NCBI GenBank assembly: GCA_041305385.1
Contig: JBFYLO010000030.1
Location: 794 to 64,793, forward strand
Origin: Candidatus Micrarchaeota archaeon
GTDB taxonomy: Archaea > Micrarchaeota > Micrarchaeia > Burarchaeales > JAKAKT01
DNA: 64,000 nt
Direction of reading: 5' to 3'
The first letter of the stretch is position 1; the number at the start of each line of letters is the position of its first letter. A program made the translations under genes and the position numbers. Below are positions 18,011 through 27,918 of this stretch, piece by piece. The notes beneath the pieces were generated by a model that saw nothing but the letters and a program-made list of their open reading frames with translations, searched no databases and was not told the origin of the DNA.

Positions 18011-18517
18011 GTGAAAGTGTTGAAATTTGCAAAAGCGCAGGCGGCAATGGAGTACCTGATGACCTATGGGTGGGCCATCCTGGTCATCGTCATCGTGCTC
18101 GCAGCGCTGCTATATTTGGGTGTATTTACCCCGAAGCCGCCGGAATTTTGCCAGATGCCCCCTGGGCTTGGCTGCACTTCAGCCTATCTGGATTCCTCGA
18201 CTGACGAGCTTTCCATAACAATCTACAACTCCTTCCAGAAAGACATGACCGTTATAGCCCTAGGATGCACTGACCAGGACGGGGCGACATACACCTGCAC
18301 GGTGGATATGTGCGGGGCTGCTTATCCCCCGGATGGCGCGACCATACCAAGAGGAAGCGGGAAGAAGTTCACGCTCCCCTGCTATTACGAAAACGAAGCA
18401 GTTGACTTCAGCAATGGCGAGACCTACATTGGAAAGGTAAATATCAAATATTACTTTTCCGATGAAGCCGGGAGTAACCGGATGACCTACGGCAAGGTTA
18501 ATTTAGTGGCTAACTAG
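18011..18517 (+). CDS. pilin with a class III signal peptide, tandem paralog of the 17469 gene
   Basis: ...KFAKAQAAMEYLMTYGWAILVIVIVLAALLYLG. The start codon is uncertain (GTG at 18011 or TTG at 18020). Confidence 0.65.
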   Translation: MKVLKFAKAQAAMEYLMTYGWAILVIVIVLAALLYLGVFTPKPPEFCQMPPGLGCTSAYLDSSTDELSITIYNSFQKDMTVIALGCTDQDGATYTCTVDMCGAAYPPDGATIPRGSGKKFTLPCYYENEAVDFSNGETYIGKVNIKYYFSDEAGSNRMTYGKVNLVAN

Positions 18518-18518
18518 G

Positions 18519-19502
18519 GTGCATGTTTTGGTCGCGGGAAACAGGCTTCGCGACGTGCTTCTCAGGAGAAGGGGCCTTCATGAGGACCTGGGAACTTTCG
18601 GGAGGAGATGGAATGCGTTCTGGTTTATCGCCCTCGTGCTTTTCCTGCTGGCCATCGGCCTCTGGTATAACTCAATCCCCAGGGAACCAGAGTGGTCCCT
18701 TTCAAGCGAGGGAATTCTGGAGTATCCGAAAGCCAGGGGAACGGTCGTTTACAGCGAGAATCCGATTGCGAGCCCCGAGGATAAGCTGGTTAAAGTCCAG
18801 TTCGAGAGCAGGGGCGCAACTGTTTATGGGCTCCTGAGGATTCCGGGCCAGCGGGGCGACGAACGGATTCCGGGCATAGTCCTGCTTCCAGGCGCAGGGG
18901 TCAGCAAGGAGACTGAGCAGAGGGTGGCGTCTGAACTGGCGAAAATGGGCTATGCGACGCTGACCATAGACCAGCGGGGCATCGGCGAGAGCAAGGAGAA
19001 GGTCGGGGACATCAGCTCCAATTACGAGGCCTTCAGGCAGGGGACCGAGCCTCCTCTGCACAAGATAGTCTATGATGCGCTCAGGTCCTATGATTTGCTG
19101 CTGGAGAGGAGCGAAATCGACCCGGAGAGAGTAGCATTCGTGGGGGAGAGCATGGGCGGAAGAACGGCGATTATTGCGGCGGCCCTCGAGCCCAGGTCCA
19201 GGGGTGCGGTGGGAATCAGCACTGGCGGTTATGGGCTCGGGAATGTCCTTCCCAGCAATAACCTCACTCTATTCCAGAGGTCAATAGACCCGGATGCGTA
19301 TATCGGAAGCATTTCCCCGAGAAAACTGCTCATGGCCCATTCCTCGAAGGACAACATCGTCGATATCGAAAACGCGGATAGGACTTTCGCAGACGCCAAG
19401 GAACCGAAGAGGTTTGTCTCTGTAAGCTGCGAGACCCATGGGTATTGTGAAGAGATGAAGGGAAAGTTGAGCGAAGGGCTCGCATGGATTTTCGAGAAAT
19501 AG
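18519..19502 (+). CDS. alpha/beta hydrolase (dienelactone hydrolase / peptidase S9-like) with an N-terminal TM anchor
   Basis: GxSxG nucleophile elbow FVGESMGG and an N-terminal hydrophobic helix FWFIALVLFLLAIGLWY. Confidence 0.5.
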   Translation: MHVLVAGNRLRDVLLRRRGLHEDLGTFGRRWNAFWFIALVLFLLAIGLWYNSIPREPEWSLSSEGILEYPKARGTVVYSENPIASPEDKLVKVQFESRGATVYGLLRIPGQRGDERIPGIVLLPGAGVSKETEQRVASELAKMGYATLTIDQRGIGESKEKVGDISSNYEAFRQGTEPPLHKIVYDALRSYDLLLERSEIDPERVAFVGESMGGRTAIIAAALEPRSRGAVGISTGGYGLGNVLPSNNLTLFQRSIDPDAYIGSISPRKLLMAHSSKDNIVDIENADRTFADAKEPKRFVSVSCETHGYCEEMKGKLSEGLAWIFEK

Positions 19503-19624
19503 GGATAGTATAAACGAAACGCACAACTCGTTCGAATCACTGGACTCGCTCTCTCGGGGCTTCGAGTTTGTTTTTTTGTTGCCTACCGAAAGACTTTTTA
19601 TAGTAAACCGTGGAAGTTTAGAGC

Positions 19625-21493
19625 ATGCGAAAAGCTCTTTTGCTGTCATTGCTGATTATAGGCATCCTCATTTTCGGTTGCGGGGGGGGCCCTGCCAGGA
19701 AGTCCTGCAAGACTGACGAGGACTGCGAGTCCTGGAGGCAGTGCAACACCACTGCAGGTTTCTGCATTCCGAAAGCTGGATATTGCGAGACTGACTCCGC
19801 ATGCGGGGAAACTAGGGCATGCAGCCCGGAGCATAAGTGCGAACTCAAGCTAGGCCTCTGCGAGAACAGCACCGATTGCGCGGACTGGCAGACCTGCGAC
19901 TCGGTGCTTGGAAAATGCATGCCGAGGATAGGCTATTGCATAGACGATGGGTTCTGCCAGGCTTGGGAGAGATGCAACAACGACACCCACATGTGCATCC
20001 CGGGAAAAAACAGGTGCGTTGACAGCTTCGACTGCGAGCCACACCAGCTCTGCAATGAGAGCTCAAGGCTCTGCTATCCGCTGCCAGGAAGGTGCGACAA
20101 CAATGAGTCCTGCGAGAAGTGGCAGTATTGCGACATGAAAAAGAAAAACTGCATCCTGAAGCCGGGGCTGTGCGGGGCCGACTCCGACTGCAAGAGTGGC
20201 GAGTATTGCGACAGCAATAGCTACAGATGCCTTACCAGAAAGCTGACTGAAGAGGAGAAGATAATAAAATTAGTATCCAAAAACGAGACTCCGATATATA
20301 CTTTAAAGGAACAGCGGGTGTGGGATTCTACTACTCTGCCGCGAGACAAGCTAACGGGAGATATTGCGGAGATACCTCTCGAAAAGGGAAAAAATCTTTT
20401 TGTGATTAATTGCAACGCAACCAAACTTGACAGCATAAGCAGCGGCAACGCGCAGATGTATCCGTTTGCGTTGGTGGACCCGGGGCTGATGTCGACAATT
20501 GCCAAAGGAGAGGATATGCAACTCTCAACTGAGGACCTTGTAGTAACGAGCGAACCCCGGGGATTCGTTAGAATCGACGACACGTGCACGGGCACGATTT
20601 TCTGCCCTGAAAGCGATTTGATATTTTCTGTTGCAAACTGGCATCAAAGGGATAGCAAATGGAAGCCTGGAACGCGCATGAATTTCTCGGACTTTGCGAT
20701 AAAGTCGGGTGACGCATTCAAGTTGATCGTAGAATTCGACCAGAGGGAAGGGGCAGGAAGTCTCAACATCTATGTTGAAAACAGATATGGGCGCAGGACA
20801 AAGATATCCGGTGCCAATTATACCACCTACAAGAATGGGGACGGGAAGGATAGTGTCGCTGCGCTCGTAGGAGGAAAGTTCAGCCCTGGGGCTGGAAAGG
20901 GATATGGGATAAGTCTTATCGTTGGGAGCATGCACGACATAGCGACCAATTACTCGACATATGCCCCCGGCCAATGTTCCAAAGACGGCGAATGCGAAGA
21001 GTGGGAGAGCTGCAACCCCATAACCCACAGCTGCGTGAAGAAGGCAGGCTGGTGCACATCCAACGAAGATTGCCCGAACGGTTTCAAGTGCAACACTGCG
21101 CTGGGCCCGGGGGAGTACACGTGCATACCGAAGGCCTGCGGCCATAATGCCGACTGCCCGGGCTCCACTTGTGATATTGAGATGCACCTCTGCAGGCCGA
21201 GCGAACTGTACTGCAGCCCTGACAATTACACCTGCTATGAGGAGCCCCGCTATTGCGTGGACGAGAGGCCCTGCGCGCCTTGGGAGCGCTGCGAATTCAA
21301 GGTTCACATGTGCGTAACCAGGATGGGCATGTGCGGTTCTGACCACGACTGCCCGCTCAACACCAGGTGCGACTTCAACTCAACAAGCCCGACTGCCCAC
21401 ACTTGCATACCGAGCGCCTGCTCCTCGGATTCGGACTGCCAGGGCTCGACGTGCGACACAGCGAACAGAATCTGCAGGCAAGTGACCACTTAA
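19625..21493 (+). CDS. Cys-rich tandem-repeat surface lipoprotein
   Basis: Signal plus a possible lipobox, MRKALLLSLLIIGILIFGCGGG. At least 12 tandem modules of about 28 aa of the form C-x3-C-x5-C...C-x-P-[KR]-x-G-x-C, interrupted by a Cys-poor, lower-GC middle domain. Confidence 0.6.
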   Translation: MRKALLLSLLIIGILIFGCGGGPARKSCKTDEDCESWRQCNTTAGFCIPKAGYCETDSACGETRACSPEHKCELKLGLCENSTDCADWQTCDSVLGKCMPRIGYCIDDGFCQAWERCNNDTHMCIPGKNRCVDSFDCEPHQLCNESSRLCYPLPGRCDNNESCEKWQYCDMKKKNCILKPGLCGADSDCKSGEYCDSNSYRCLTRKLTEEEKIIKLVSKNETPIYTLKEQRVWDSTTLPRDKLTGDIAEIPLEKGKNLFVINCNATKLDSISSGNAQMYPFALVDPGLMSTIAKGEDMQLSTEDLVVTSEPRGFVRIDDTCTGTIFCPESDLIFSVANWHQRDSKWKPGTRMNFSDFAIKSGDAFKLIVEFDQREGAGSLNIYVENRYGRRTKISGANYTTYKNGDGKDSVAALVGGKFSPGAGKGYGISLIVGSMHDIATNYSTYAPGQCSKDGECEEWESCNPITHSCVKKAGWCTSNEDCPNGFKCNTALGPGEYTCIPKACGHNADCPGSTCDIEMHLCRPSELYCSPDNYTCYEEPRYCVDERPCAPWERCEFKVHMCVTRMGMCGSDHDCPLNTRCDFNSTSPTAHTCIPSACSSDSDCQGSTCDTANRICRQVTT

Positions 21494-21503
21494 GGACGAA
21501 CAT

Positions 21504-24500
21504 GTGCCTTATTATATACGAAAAAGCATATTCTATAGCGTGCAAAAGTCCCGTGAGTTCCGCGAAATTAGGCTCAGAGAGGAGAGGCAGCCATTTGCCG
21601 CTGTTGGCGATAAACTCGGAGAGATGAATCGCTCGCTCCTGGCTCTTGTTAGGCGGGAGGACAGGCTCGAGAGGCAGGTAAAGAACCTCATTTTTAGGCT
21701 CGAAAGCTGCAGGGTGGAAGGGGATAGGTGGGGCCTGCCGAAGGAAAAGAATATTCTTGCGTTTCTCGAGAACGCTAAACACCCGAGAACACTTCTGGCG
21801 AAAATCGACCGTATACTTGAGAAGGAAGAAAGCGGGAACAGGATAAGGCTGTTCAGTTCCCTTTGGTATGGACTGGGGCTCTATTGGCGCTCGGAATACG
21901 AGGATGCGCTGATTCGAACGAAAGACCTAAAGTTTCTGGACAGGATGGAGAAGTTCTTCGATTCGCACAAACTCCATCCGGACCTCTATGGGGCCATCGG
22001 ACGAATCGGAGACCAGGCTGTGGTCGATTTTGCAAGCAGGGTCAAGGTCGACGATTCAAACTCGAAGCTGGTCGAACACGCCCTTTACGGGTGCAAGAGC
22101 GGGGAGGATGCAAAACGGCTCGCGGACGCCCTCTTCCCTCTCGAGCTGTCTGATAAGAGGGTCCAGGCATTCTTGATTCAAGATAATCCCGGCGATCTCG
22201 GAGTTGAGACTTATGAATCAAGGGCTCGGCTGCTCAGGGGTTACCTCTCTTCGGATGACCATGTTGGGTATTTATTGAAAAATCTCGATGAGATAAAGGC
22301 CAGTTTCTCGGATGAATTCGGAACGAGCGGGATGAATGCCCTCAGCTTAATGAACGAAATCAGGAAATGCGACCAAATCGAGTTCCAAAACTTGAAGAAA
22401 GTTGAATATGCTGATATGTGGGTTTCTTGGCACTATAGGTCCGGGTATAATTCCAAGGAGGAAACTGACGGGGTTTTCAGGAGACTTGGATATCTGCTGG
22501 AGAAAACAATCAATATTGAACAGGAAACTCGGCTGGTCAAGCCGGAGGACAGGGCGGAGTTCCGCCGGGTGTACATGAAAGTGGTTGCAAACCCCGAAAG
22601 CTCCCTTGTTCCCACTGCCGAATTGTTCTACAGGATGCGCGAGTTCAAGGCCGAGGTGGAGCGCGCTTTGCCCGCTTCGTACGAGGCGCAGGCCAAACTC
22701 GGAAGGCTTCATGGGAATACCGCGGAAAATTTGATGCAGAATTATCCCTTTAATTTTGACCATATGATTGGATTGCCGCTCATTTCCAATGCCCGAAGCA
22801 GGGAGGAAGTTGACCGTACCATAGAGTTCATTAGGTTGAAACTTGCGAACCCTGGGATGGACCCCATCTCCAGGCTGGGAGTTATACATGGAAGCGGAGA
22901 TTCCTGGAACGGCTTAAGCTCCAGTCTTGTGCAAAGTGTTGGCGGAGGTCATTCGCAGGAGTATATTATGCTGCGTCATTACATTGCAACTGCCCGCTAC
23001 AATGAAGTCGCTGAACTGTTCGACAAGCTTTACCTTTCCAGGTTGGGAGCCAGTAATGACAACCTATTCTATTTTGAGCACCCGAAACTGGACTTAATCC
23101 CCGCAATCAGGAACGTCCAGAACCCGCACGCGATAGTCGAGGTGATGAAGGGGAAACTGACAGCTGCTTCGGAGCAGGCGGAAAAAGAGATTGGGATTAT
23201 GGGCGGGTCTTTTGAACGGGTTTTCAAGAATCATAAGATTGTGGGCGTTGGACTCCTCAGGGAGTTAGTGAGTGAGGACCTGAGGAAAAGTCTGGGTGAG
23301 GAGGAATCGAAAAAGCTCGTTGGAATAGTGGATCGTGTAGCCTTGTTGGGCATTCGGAGAGGAGAGGGAACATTCAGAGAGCTGGCGTGGGGGGCCGTTT
23401 CAGATGAAATCCTAGTCCAGAACGTGCCGTTTGCAGCTTCCGTTCTGTCCTCGCTGGCATGGGTGATAAGTTCGAAGGGAGACTCGGGCGATTTCAAGGC
23501 TGCGGTGGACCTGGTTGAGGAGCTTGGGAAGAAAAACGAAGACCTCCTAGGTAGAAACGGCTTGATTTCAAGAGTTTTCGAAAAGCATGGGACTGCTGGC
23601 CTCGGGGACACAGGGAGAATAGTTGAGACAGTACTGCGCTGCGGGAGCGGGGCAGATTACACTCAATGCGTTCAAGAACATTTAATCGGCCATGCGAAAA
23701 ACCCGATGTTCGAGGAGATTCTCAAGGCCGTCGCAGACGTGGTTGCGGAAGAGCCGCGTCTGGCCAGTGAAGGGCAATACTTCAGCAAATATATCGAGCT
23801 CTACGAGCCGAAGGACGCCAAAGACGTTGAGTTCATGAAGCAGCGATTCCTTGAGGTGGCCAGGGAGATGAAGAACTTGGAGGAGAGTAGCTATTTCCTC
23901 TCGGAAGGGTATGGCGGCTCAGAGAATGCAACGCTAAACGTTCTTCTGGGCTATGCGAAGCACGAGAAATTCGGGGAGTTGGTGAAAAACGCGGTCCGCC
24001 TCTACGCCTCTCGTGCAGTCGAGTATCAGATGGGATTCAACGCCATAATGGAAAACGCTTTCAAGTTCTATCTGCAGAACGGACAGGATGAGTTCGACGG
24101 GCTGTTCTCAACCATCGGGAGGAAAACGGCAGGTTTGGACAGAAATCAAACTGTCAATTGTTATGTCGGGGTAAAGGAGATAATGGCGACGCCGGGCGTT
24201 GATGCGAAAGGGGTTTCAACGCTCGTGGATTTGAAGGGCGAGCTTTTGAAAATCCATGACCCGAGGGCCAGGGAATACGCGCTTGAAAAACTTTTCCCGA
24301 AATTTTTGGATTCCTGCGGCAGCTTCGATTACAAGGGATTCATAAACCGCTATGCCAGGGCACGGACAGCTGCCCATGGCGAGGATGTTGAGAAAAAGTT
24401 AGGGGAAATTGACAGACTGGAAGGGCCGGCCGGGCTAAAACGACTTGCTGGCCAGTCGGATTCAATGTATGTTTGGAGTGAGGAGAAACTCAAATTCCTT

Positions 24501-26279
24501 GTAACCCTAAGGAAGACGCGGCCGGATTACGACAATGCAAAACTCGCAGAAAAACTGAATGATAAATTCAAACATAAGAACGTCCCCTCAATCGTTCTGC
24601 TCCCAGCTTTAATGCTCTCCCATGATGAATCTGTTATTGGCAACCTTCAGCAATTCATGAGCAAGAAAAAAATGGACGGAGTCCAGGTATCCTGCCAGAT
24701 GGGCACGGCGCTTTCGCTCCTGGACAAACTCGGGGAGGGCGCACCTGAAGTTCTGGCGAAAATCTTCGAACTCGGGAAGGAAGTCCCAAGCGGCAGGGCC
24801 ACGGAGACAGTCCATTTCTTTAACGGGCTCAAGACATTCTGCAATTTCGAGGATAGCAAGGCCAATGAAAGGCTGCTCGAGGCACTAAGGAGTGGGAAGT
24901 TCACAACGTGGCATAGGATGTACTCGTTCATAAAGGACGAGAACATACGGATTGGTTTAGGCAAATTGAACATTGGCGAGGAGGACATCCTGAAACATGG
25001 ACTGACGAAGGATATGGTTGAAGGCCTCCTCGAGTCAAGGTATTTTGACATAATGACGGCGCTCATCGGAAATTACTCTGCCAAGGCATCAGATAGGCTT
25101 CCGCTCCTGAAGGAGATAACGATTCACCTAATAAAAGACGACTTTTTCAAATGGAGATACAACAACGACAAGGCAGTCGAGCAACTGGCGTTATTGGGAA
25201 CGGAAGAGAAACGGATATGGGCCAATGTCTCCAAGACAGTGGGAGGCAGGGCTGAGCTGACTAACGAGGAATTCATAAAATTCAGGGCCGAGATGATTGG
25301 GAAAACCCTTGAGGATGCGGTCGGTTATCTTAGGGGGATAGAGGTCGGCGAATCCTCGCTTGAGACTCTGGGAAAAACTGCAACTGAGCTTCAGGGAAGG
25401 CTCAACAGGATGAGCAAGGAGAATAAAGAGAGATATCCCCTGGAAGCGAAGCTCGACCAGGTCAGGAACCAAGAGAACATTGTAGGGGGGCTTTTAGAAC
25501 TCATGAGGACAGATTTCAACAGGGAACTGAACGAAGTGGAAATCGAAGTTCTCGCTGGCAAGATAAACGGGATAAGCAAGTCGCTGAAAGCCATTGGCCA
25601 GAATGAGCCCAAGGATGAGATGACCCATCTTCTCAGGACATTGAGGAAAAGAAGGGAGGAGTTTAGGTCCCAGGCCCTGTCGGCAGTTGACACGGCTAAT
25701 CCGTTGGTCCTGCTTCAGATAGGGGAGATCCCCAGGCACTCCTGCCAGAGCTATTTAAACGGATCCCACAATGAATGCCTGCCAGCCTATGTTGCAGACG
25801 CAAACAAGAAGGCGTTCATCGTCATGGACGAAGGGGGCAAGACACACGCAAGAGCAATTGGCAAGCTGCTCGCCGGGAAAATCGACGGCGAGAGGAAAAG
25901 CGTGCTGCTGATTGAACCGGTTTATTCGGACACTGAGAATCCAGAATACAGCAGGCTTATAGCCATCCACGCTTTGGAGAAAGCTGCGAAAACCGGCTCC
26001 CTGCTCGCATCCAAATGGATTGGGGATGAATTCAGGGAAGAAGCAGCGAAACGGGGATATGTGCTTGAGCAGAAATCGGTGGAGTTTGCTTCTGCCCCGA
26101 GCCACAACAAGAGCGAGTACAGCGACTCATATGGGGTTCAGAGTTGGACGGAGAATGGGTATACTATATCAGCTGTGGTTAATGTTCTCAGGCCTGCAAC
26201 TGAGCAGGAAATCCAAAAGACATATGCTGAAACCGGCCAGCTGCCTCGCCTCCAGATAAAATTAAGCTATGCTGCCTAG
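21504..26279 (+). CDS. giant (1591 aa) soluble, largely alpha-helical protein of unknown function
   Basis: Uninterrupted 4.8 kb ORF with no TM segments and no enzymatic motifs I recognise. Starts 11 nt after the Cys-rich gene. Confidence 0.55.
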   Translation: MPYYIRKSIFYSVQKSREFREIRLREERQPFAAVGDKLGEMNRSLLALVRREDRLERQVKNLIFRLESCRVEGDRWGLPKEKNILAFLENAKHPRTLLAKIDRILEKEESGNRIRLFSSLWYGLGLYWRSEYEDALIRTKDLKFLDRMEKFFDSHKLHPDLYGAIGRIGDQAVVDFASRVKVDDSNSKLVEHALYGCKSGEDAKRLADALFPLELSDKRVQAFLIQDNPGDLGVETYESRARLLRGYLSSDDHVGYLLKNLDEIKASFSDEFGTSGMNALSLMNEIRKCDQIEFQNLKKVEYADMWVSWHYRSGYNSKEETDGVFRRLGYLLEKTINIEQETRLVKPEDRAEFRRVYMKVVANPESSLVPTAELFYRMREFKAEVERALPASYEAQAKLGRLHGNTAENLMQNYPFNFDHMIGLPLISNARSREEVDRTIEFIRLKLANPGMDPISRLGVIHGSGDSWNGLSSSLVQSVGGGHSQEYIMLRHYIATARYNEVAELFDKLYLSRLGASNDNLFYFEHPKLDLIPAIRNVQNPHAIVEVMKGKLTAASEQAEKEIGIMGGSFERVFKNHKIVGVGLLRELVSEDLRKSLGEEESKKLVGIVDRVALLGIRRGEGTFRELAWGAVSDEILVQNVPFAASVLSSLAWVISSKGDSGDFKAAVDLVEELGKKNEDLLGRNGLISRVFEKHGTAGLGDTGRIVETVLRCGSGADYTQCVQEHLIGHAKNPMFEEILKAVADVVAEEPRLASEGQYFSKYIELYEPKDAKDVEFMKQRFLEVAREMKNLEESSYFLSEGYGGSENATLNVLLGYAKHEKFGELVKNAVRLYASRAVEYQMGFNAIMENAFKFYLQNGQDEFDGLFSTIGRKTAGLDRNQTVNCYVGVKEIMATPGVDAKGVSTLVDLKGELLKIHDPRAREYALEKLFPKFLDSCGSFDYKGFINRYARARTAAHGEDVEKKLGEIDRLEGPAGLKRLAGQSDSMYVWSEEKLKFLVTLRKTRPDYDNAKLAEKLNDKFKHKNVPSIVLLPALMLSHDESVIGNLQQFMSKKKMDGVQVSCQMGTALSLLDKLGEGAPEVLAKIFELGKEVPSGRATETVHFFNGLKTFCNFEDSKANERLLEALRSGKFTTWHRMYSFIKDENIRIGLGKLNIGEEDILKHGLTKDMVEGLLESRYFDIMTALIGNYSAKASDRLPLLKEITIHLIKDDFFKWRYNNDKAVEQLALLGTEEKRIWANVSKTVGGRAELTNEEFIKFRAEMIGKTLEDAVGYLRGIEVGESSLETLGKTATELQGRLNRMSKENKERYPLEAKLDQVRNQENIVGGLLELMRTDFNRELNEVEIEVLAGKINGISKSLKAIGQNEPKDEMTHLLRTLRKRREEFRSQALSAVDTANPLVLLQIGEIPRHSCQSYLNGSHNECLPAYVADANKKAFIVMDEGGKTHARAIGKLLAGKIDGERKSVLLIEPVYSDTENPEYSRLIAIHALEKAAKTGSLLASKWIGDEFREEAAKRGYVLEQKSVEFASAPSHNKSEYSDSYGVQSWTENGYTISAVVNVLRPATEQEIQKTYAETGQLPRLQIKLSYAA

Positions 26280-26346
26280 GCCCGGGCTTGCGCAAACTAT
26301 TAGAATTTAGGAGTTCATCTAATTTCTATTACTTGAAGGTGATTAT

Positions 26347-27918
26347 TTGAAAACAGTCGTGCCAGACACAAGCGTCGTGGTTGACGGGCGAATCACGCAG
26401 ATGGTGAAGAGCGGGAAGCTCAAGTCGCATCGCATCGTCCTTCCGAATTCGGTTCTCGCAGAGCTCGAGCACCAGGCGAACAGGAACAAGGAAACCGGGT
26501 TCTCCGGGCTTTCCGAAATCAAGGCGCTGCACGAGCTCGCGGAAAAGGGCGACATAACGCTCGAGTTCTCCGGGGAGAGGCCAAGTTTTGAGGAGATAAA
26601 GGGCGCGAAGAAAGGGGACATCGACGCGAGGATACGGAAGCTCGCCAAGGAGCTGGATGCAATTTTCATAACCAGCGACAAGGTGCAGGGGGAAGTGGCG
26701 ATGGCCGAGGGCCTCGAGGTGATTTACCTTGAGCCCCAGTTCGTTGAGAAGGAGCTGCCGTTCATAAAGATGTTCACTCCTGAGACGCTTTCGATTCATC
26801 TGAAAGAGGACACGATTCCGCTTGCGAAGGTGGGCGGGCCGGGGAATGTGACGCTCATCAAGCTGGCTGAGAAAAAAATGAAAAGAGACGAGCTCAGGGA
26901 GATGGCAAAGGAGATAATCGAGGCTGCCAAGAGAGGGGGAACCGACACTTACATCGAGATTGACCGGAAAGGGGCGACTGTGATTCAGCTGCGCGAGTAC
27001 CGGATTGCGATTGCGAGGCCCCCCTTCTCAGACGGGATTGAGATTACGATTGTCAGGCCCATCTACAAGGCCTCGCTTTCCGACTATGTGCTATCGGACA
27101 AGCTGAGGAAAAGGCTCTCTGACAGGGCTGAGGGGGTCATCATCTGCGGCCCTCCGGGTGCGGGCAAGAGCACGTTCACAGCTGCGCTTGCAGAGTTCTA
27201 CCTTGAGAAGGGCAAGGTTGTGAAGACCATGGAGAGCCCGAGGGACCTTCAAGTGGTGAGCGAGATAACCCAATACGCCCCTCTCGAGGGAAGCTTCGAG
27301 AAAACCTCTGATATCATCCTGCTCGTGAGGCCAGACTACACGATTTACGACGAGATGAGGAAGACAGATGATTTTGTCATTTACGCGGACATGAGGCTCG
27401 CGGGAATCGGCATGGTCGGAGTTCTCCACGCGAACCAGCCCATCGATGCGATTCAGAGATTCATCGGCAGGGTGGACCTGGGGCTCATACCGCAGCTCGT
27501 TGACACCATTGTGTTCATAAAGGGCGGGAAAGTGGAGAAGGTCTATGAGCAGAAGTTCCTCGTGAAGGTTCCCACCGGGATGGTGGAGCAGGACCTCGCA
27601 AGGCCAGTGATAGAAGTCAGGGATTTCGAGACAGGGGGGCTCGAGTATGAAATTTACAAATTCGGGGAAGAGACCGTTGTCCTGCCGATAACCGCCCATG
27701 CCGGCCACTCGAGAGCGGATGACAAGGACATTGAGAAGAGGCTTTACCAGGCAATCTCCAAATATGTCCGCGACTTCCAGCTCGATGTGTCGGGCGGAAG
27801 AGCGATTGTCTATGTGCGCTCGAAAGACTTGGCGAGGCTGATTGGGAGAAAGGGCGAGACTATCTCGAGGATAGAAAAGAAAGTTGGGGCGAAGATAGAT
27901 TTGAAGGGAATCGACTAG
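26347..27918 (+). CDS. PIN-domain / PhoH-like ATPase / KH-domain protein (PilT-family ATPase, COG1855-like)
   Basis: N-terminal PIN (MKTVVPDTSVVVDGRI), Walker A ICGPPGAGKSTFTAALA, and a C-terminal KH-like GRKGETISRIEKKVGAKIDL. Confidence 0.7.
   Translation: MKTVVPDTSVVVDGRITQMVKSGKLKSHRIVLPNSVLAELEHQANRNKETGFSGLSEIKALHELAEKGDITLEFSGERPSFEEIKGAKKGDIDARIRKLAKELDAIFITSDKVQGEVAMAEGLEVIYLEPQFVEKELPFIKMFTPETLSIHLKEDTIPLAKVGGPGNVTLIKLAEKKMKRDELREMAKEIIEAAKRGGTDTYIEIDRKGATVIQLREYRIAIARPPFSDGIEITIVRPIYKASLSDYVLSDKLRKRLSDRAEGVIICGPPGAGKSTFTAALAEFYLEKGKVVKTMESPRDLQVVSEITQYAPLEGSFEKTSDIILLVRPDYTIYDEMRKTDDFVIYADMRLAGIGMVGVLHANQPIDAIQRFIGRVDLGLIPQLVDTIVFIKGGKVEKVYEQKFLVKVPTGMVEQDLARPVIEVRDFETGGLEYEIYKFGEETVVLPITAHAGHSRADDKDIEKRLYQAISKYVRDFQLDVSGGRAIVYVRSKDLARLIGRKGETISRIEKKVGAKIDLKGID

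Noticed and set aside
20525-21346. 273-aa minus-strand ORF opposite the Cys-rich repeat gene
   Set aside because: Antisense shadow. The plus frame has the periodic Cys modules and a signal peptide.
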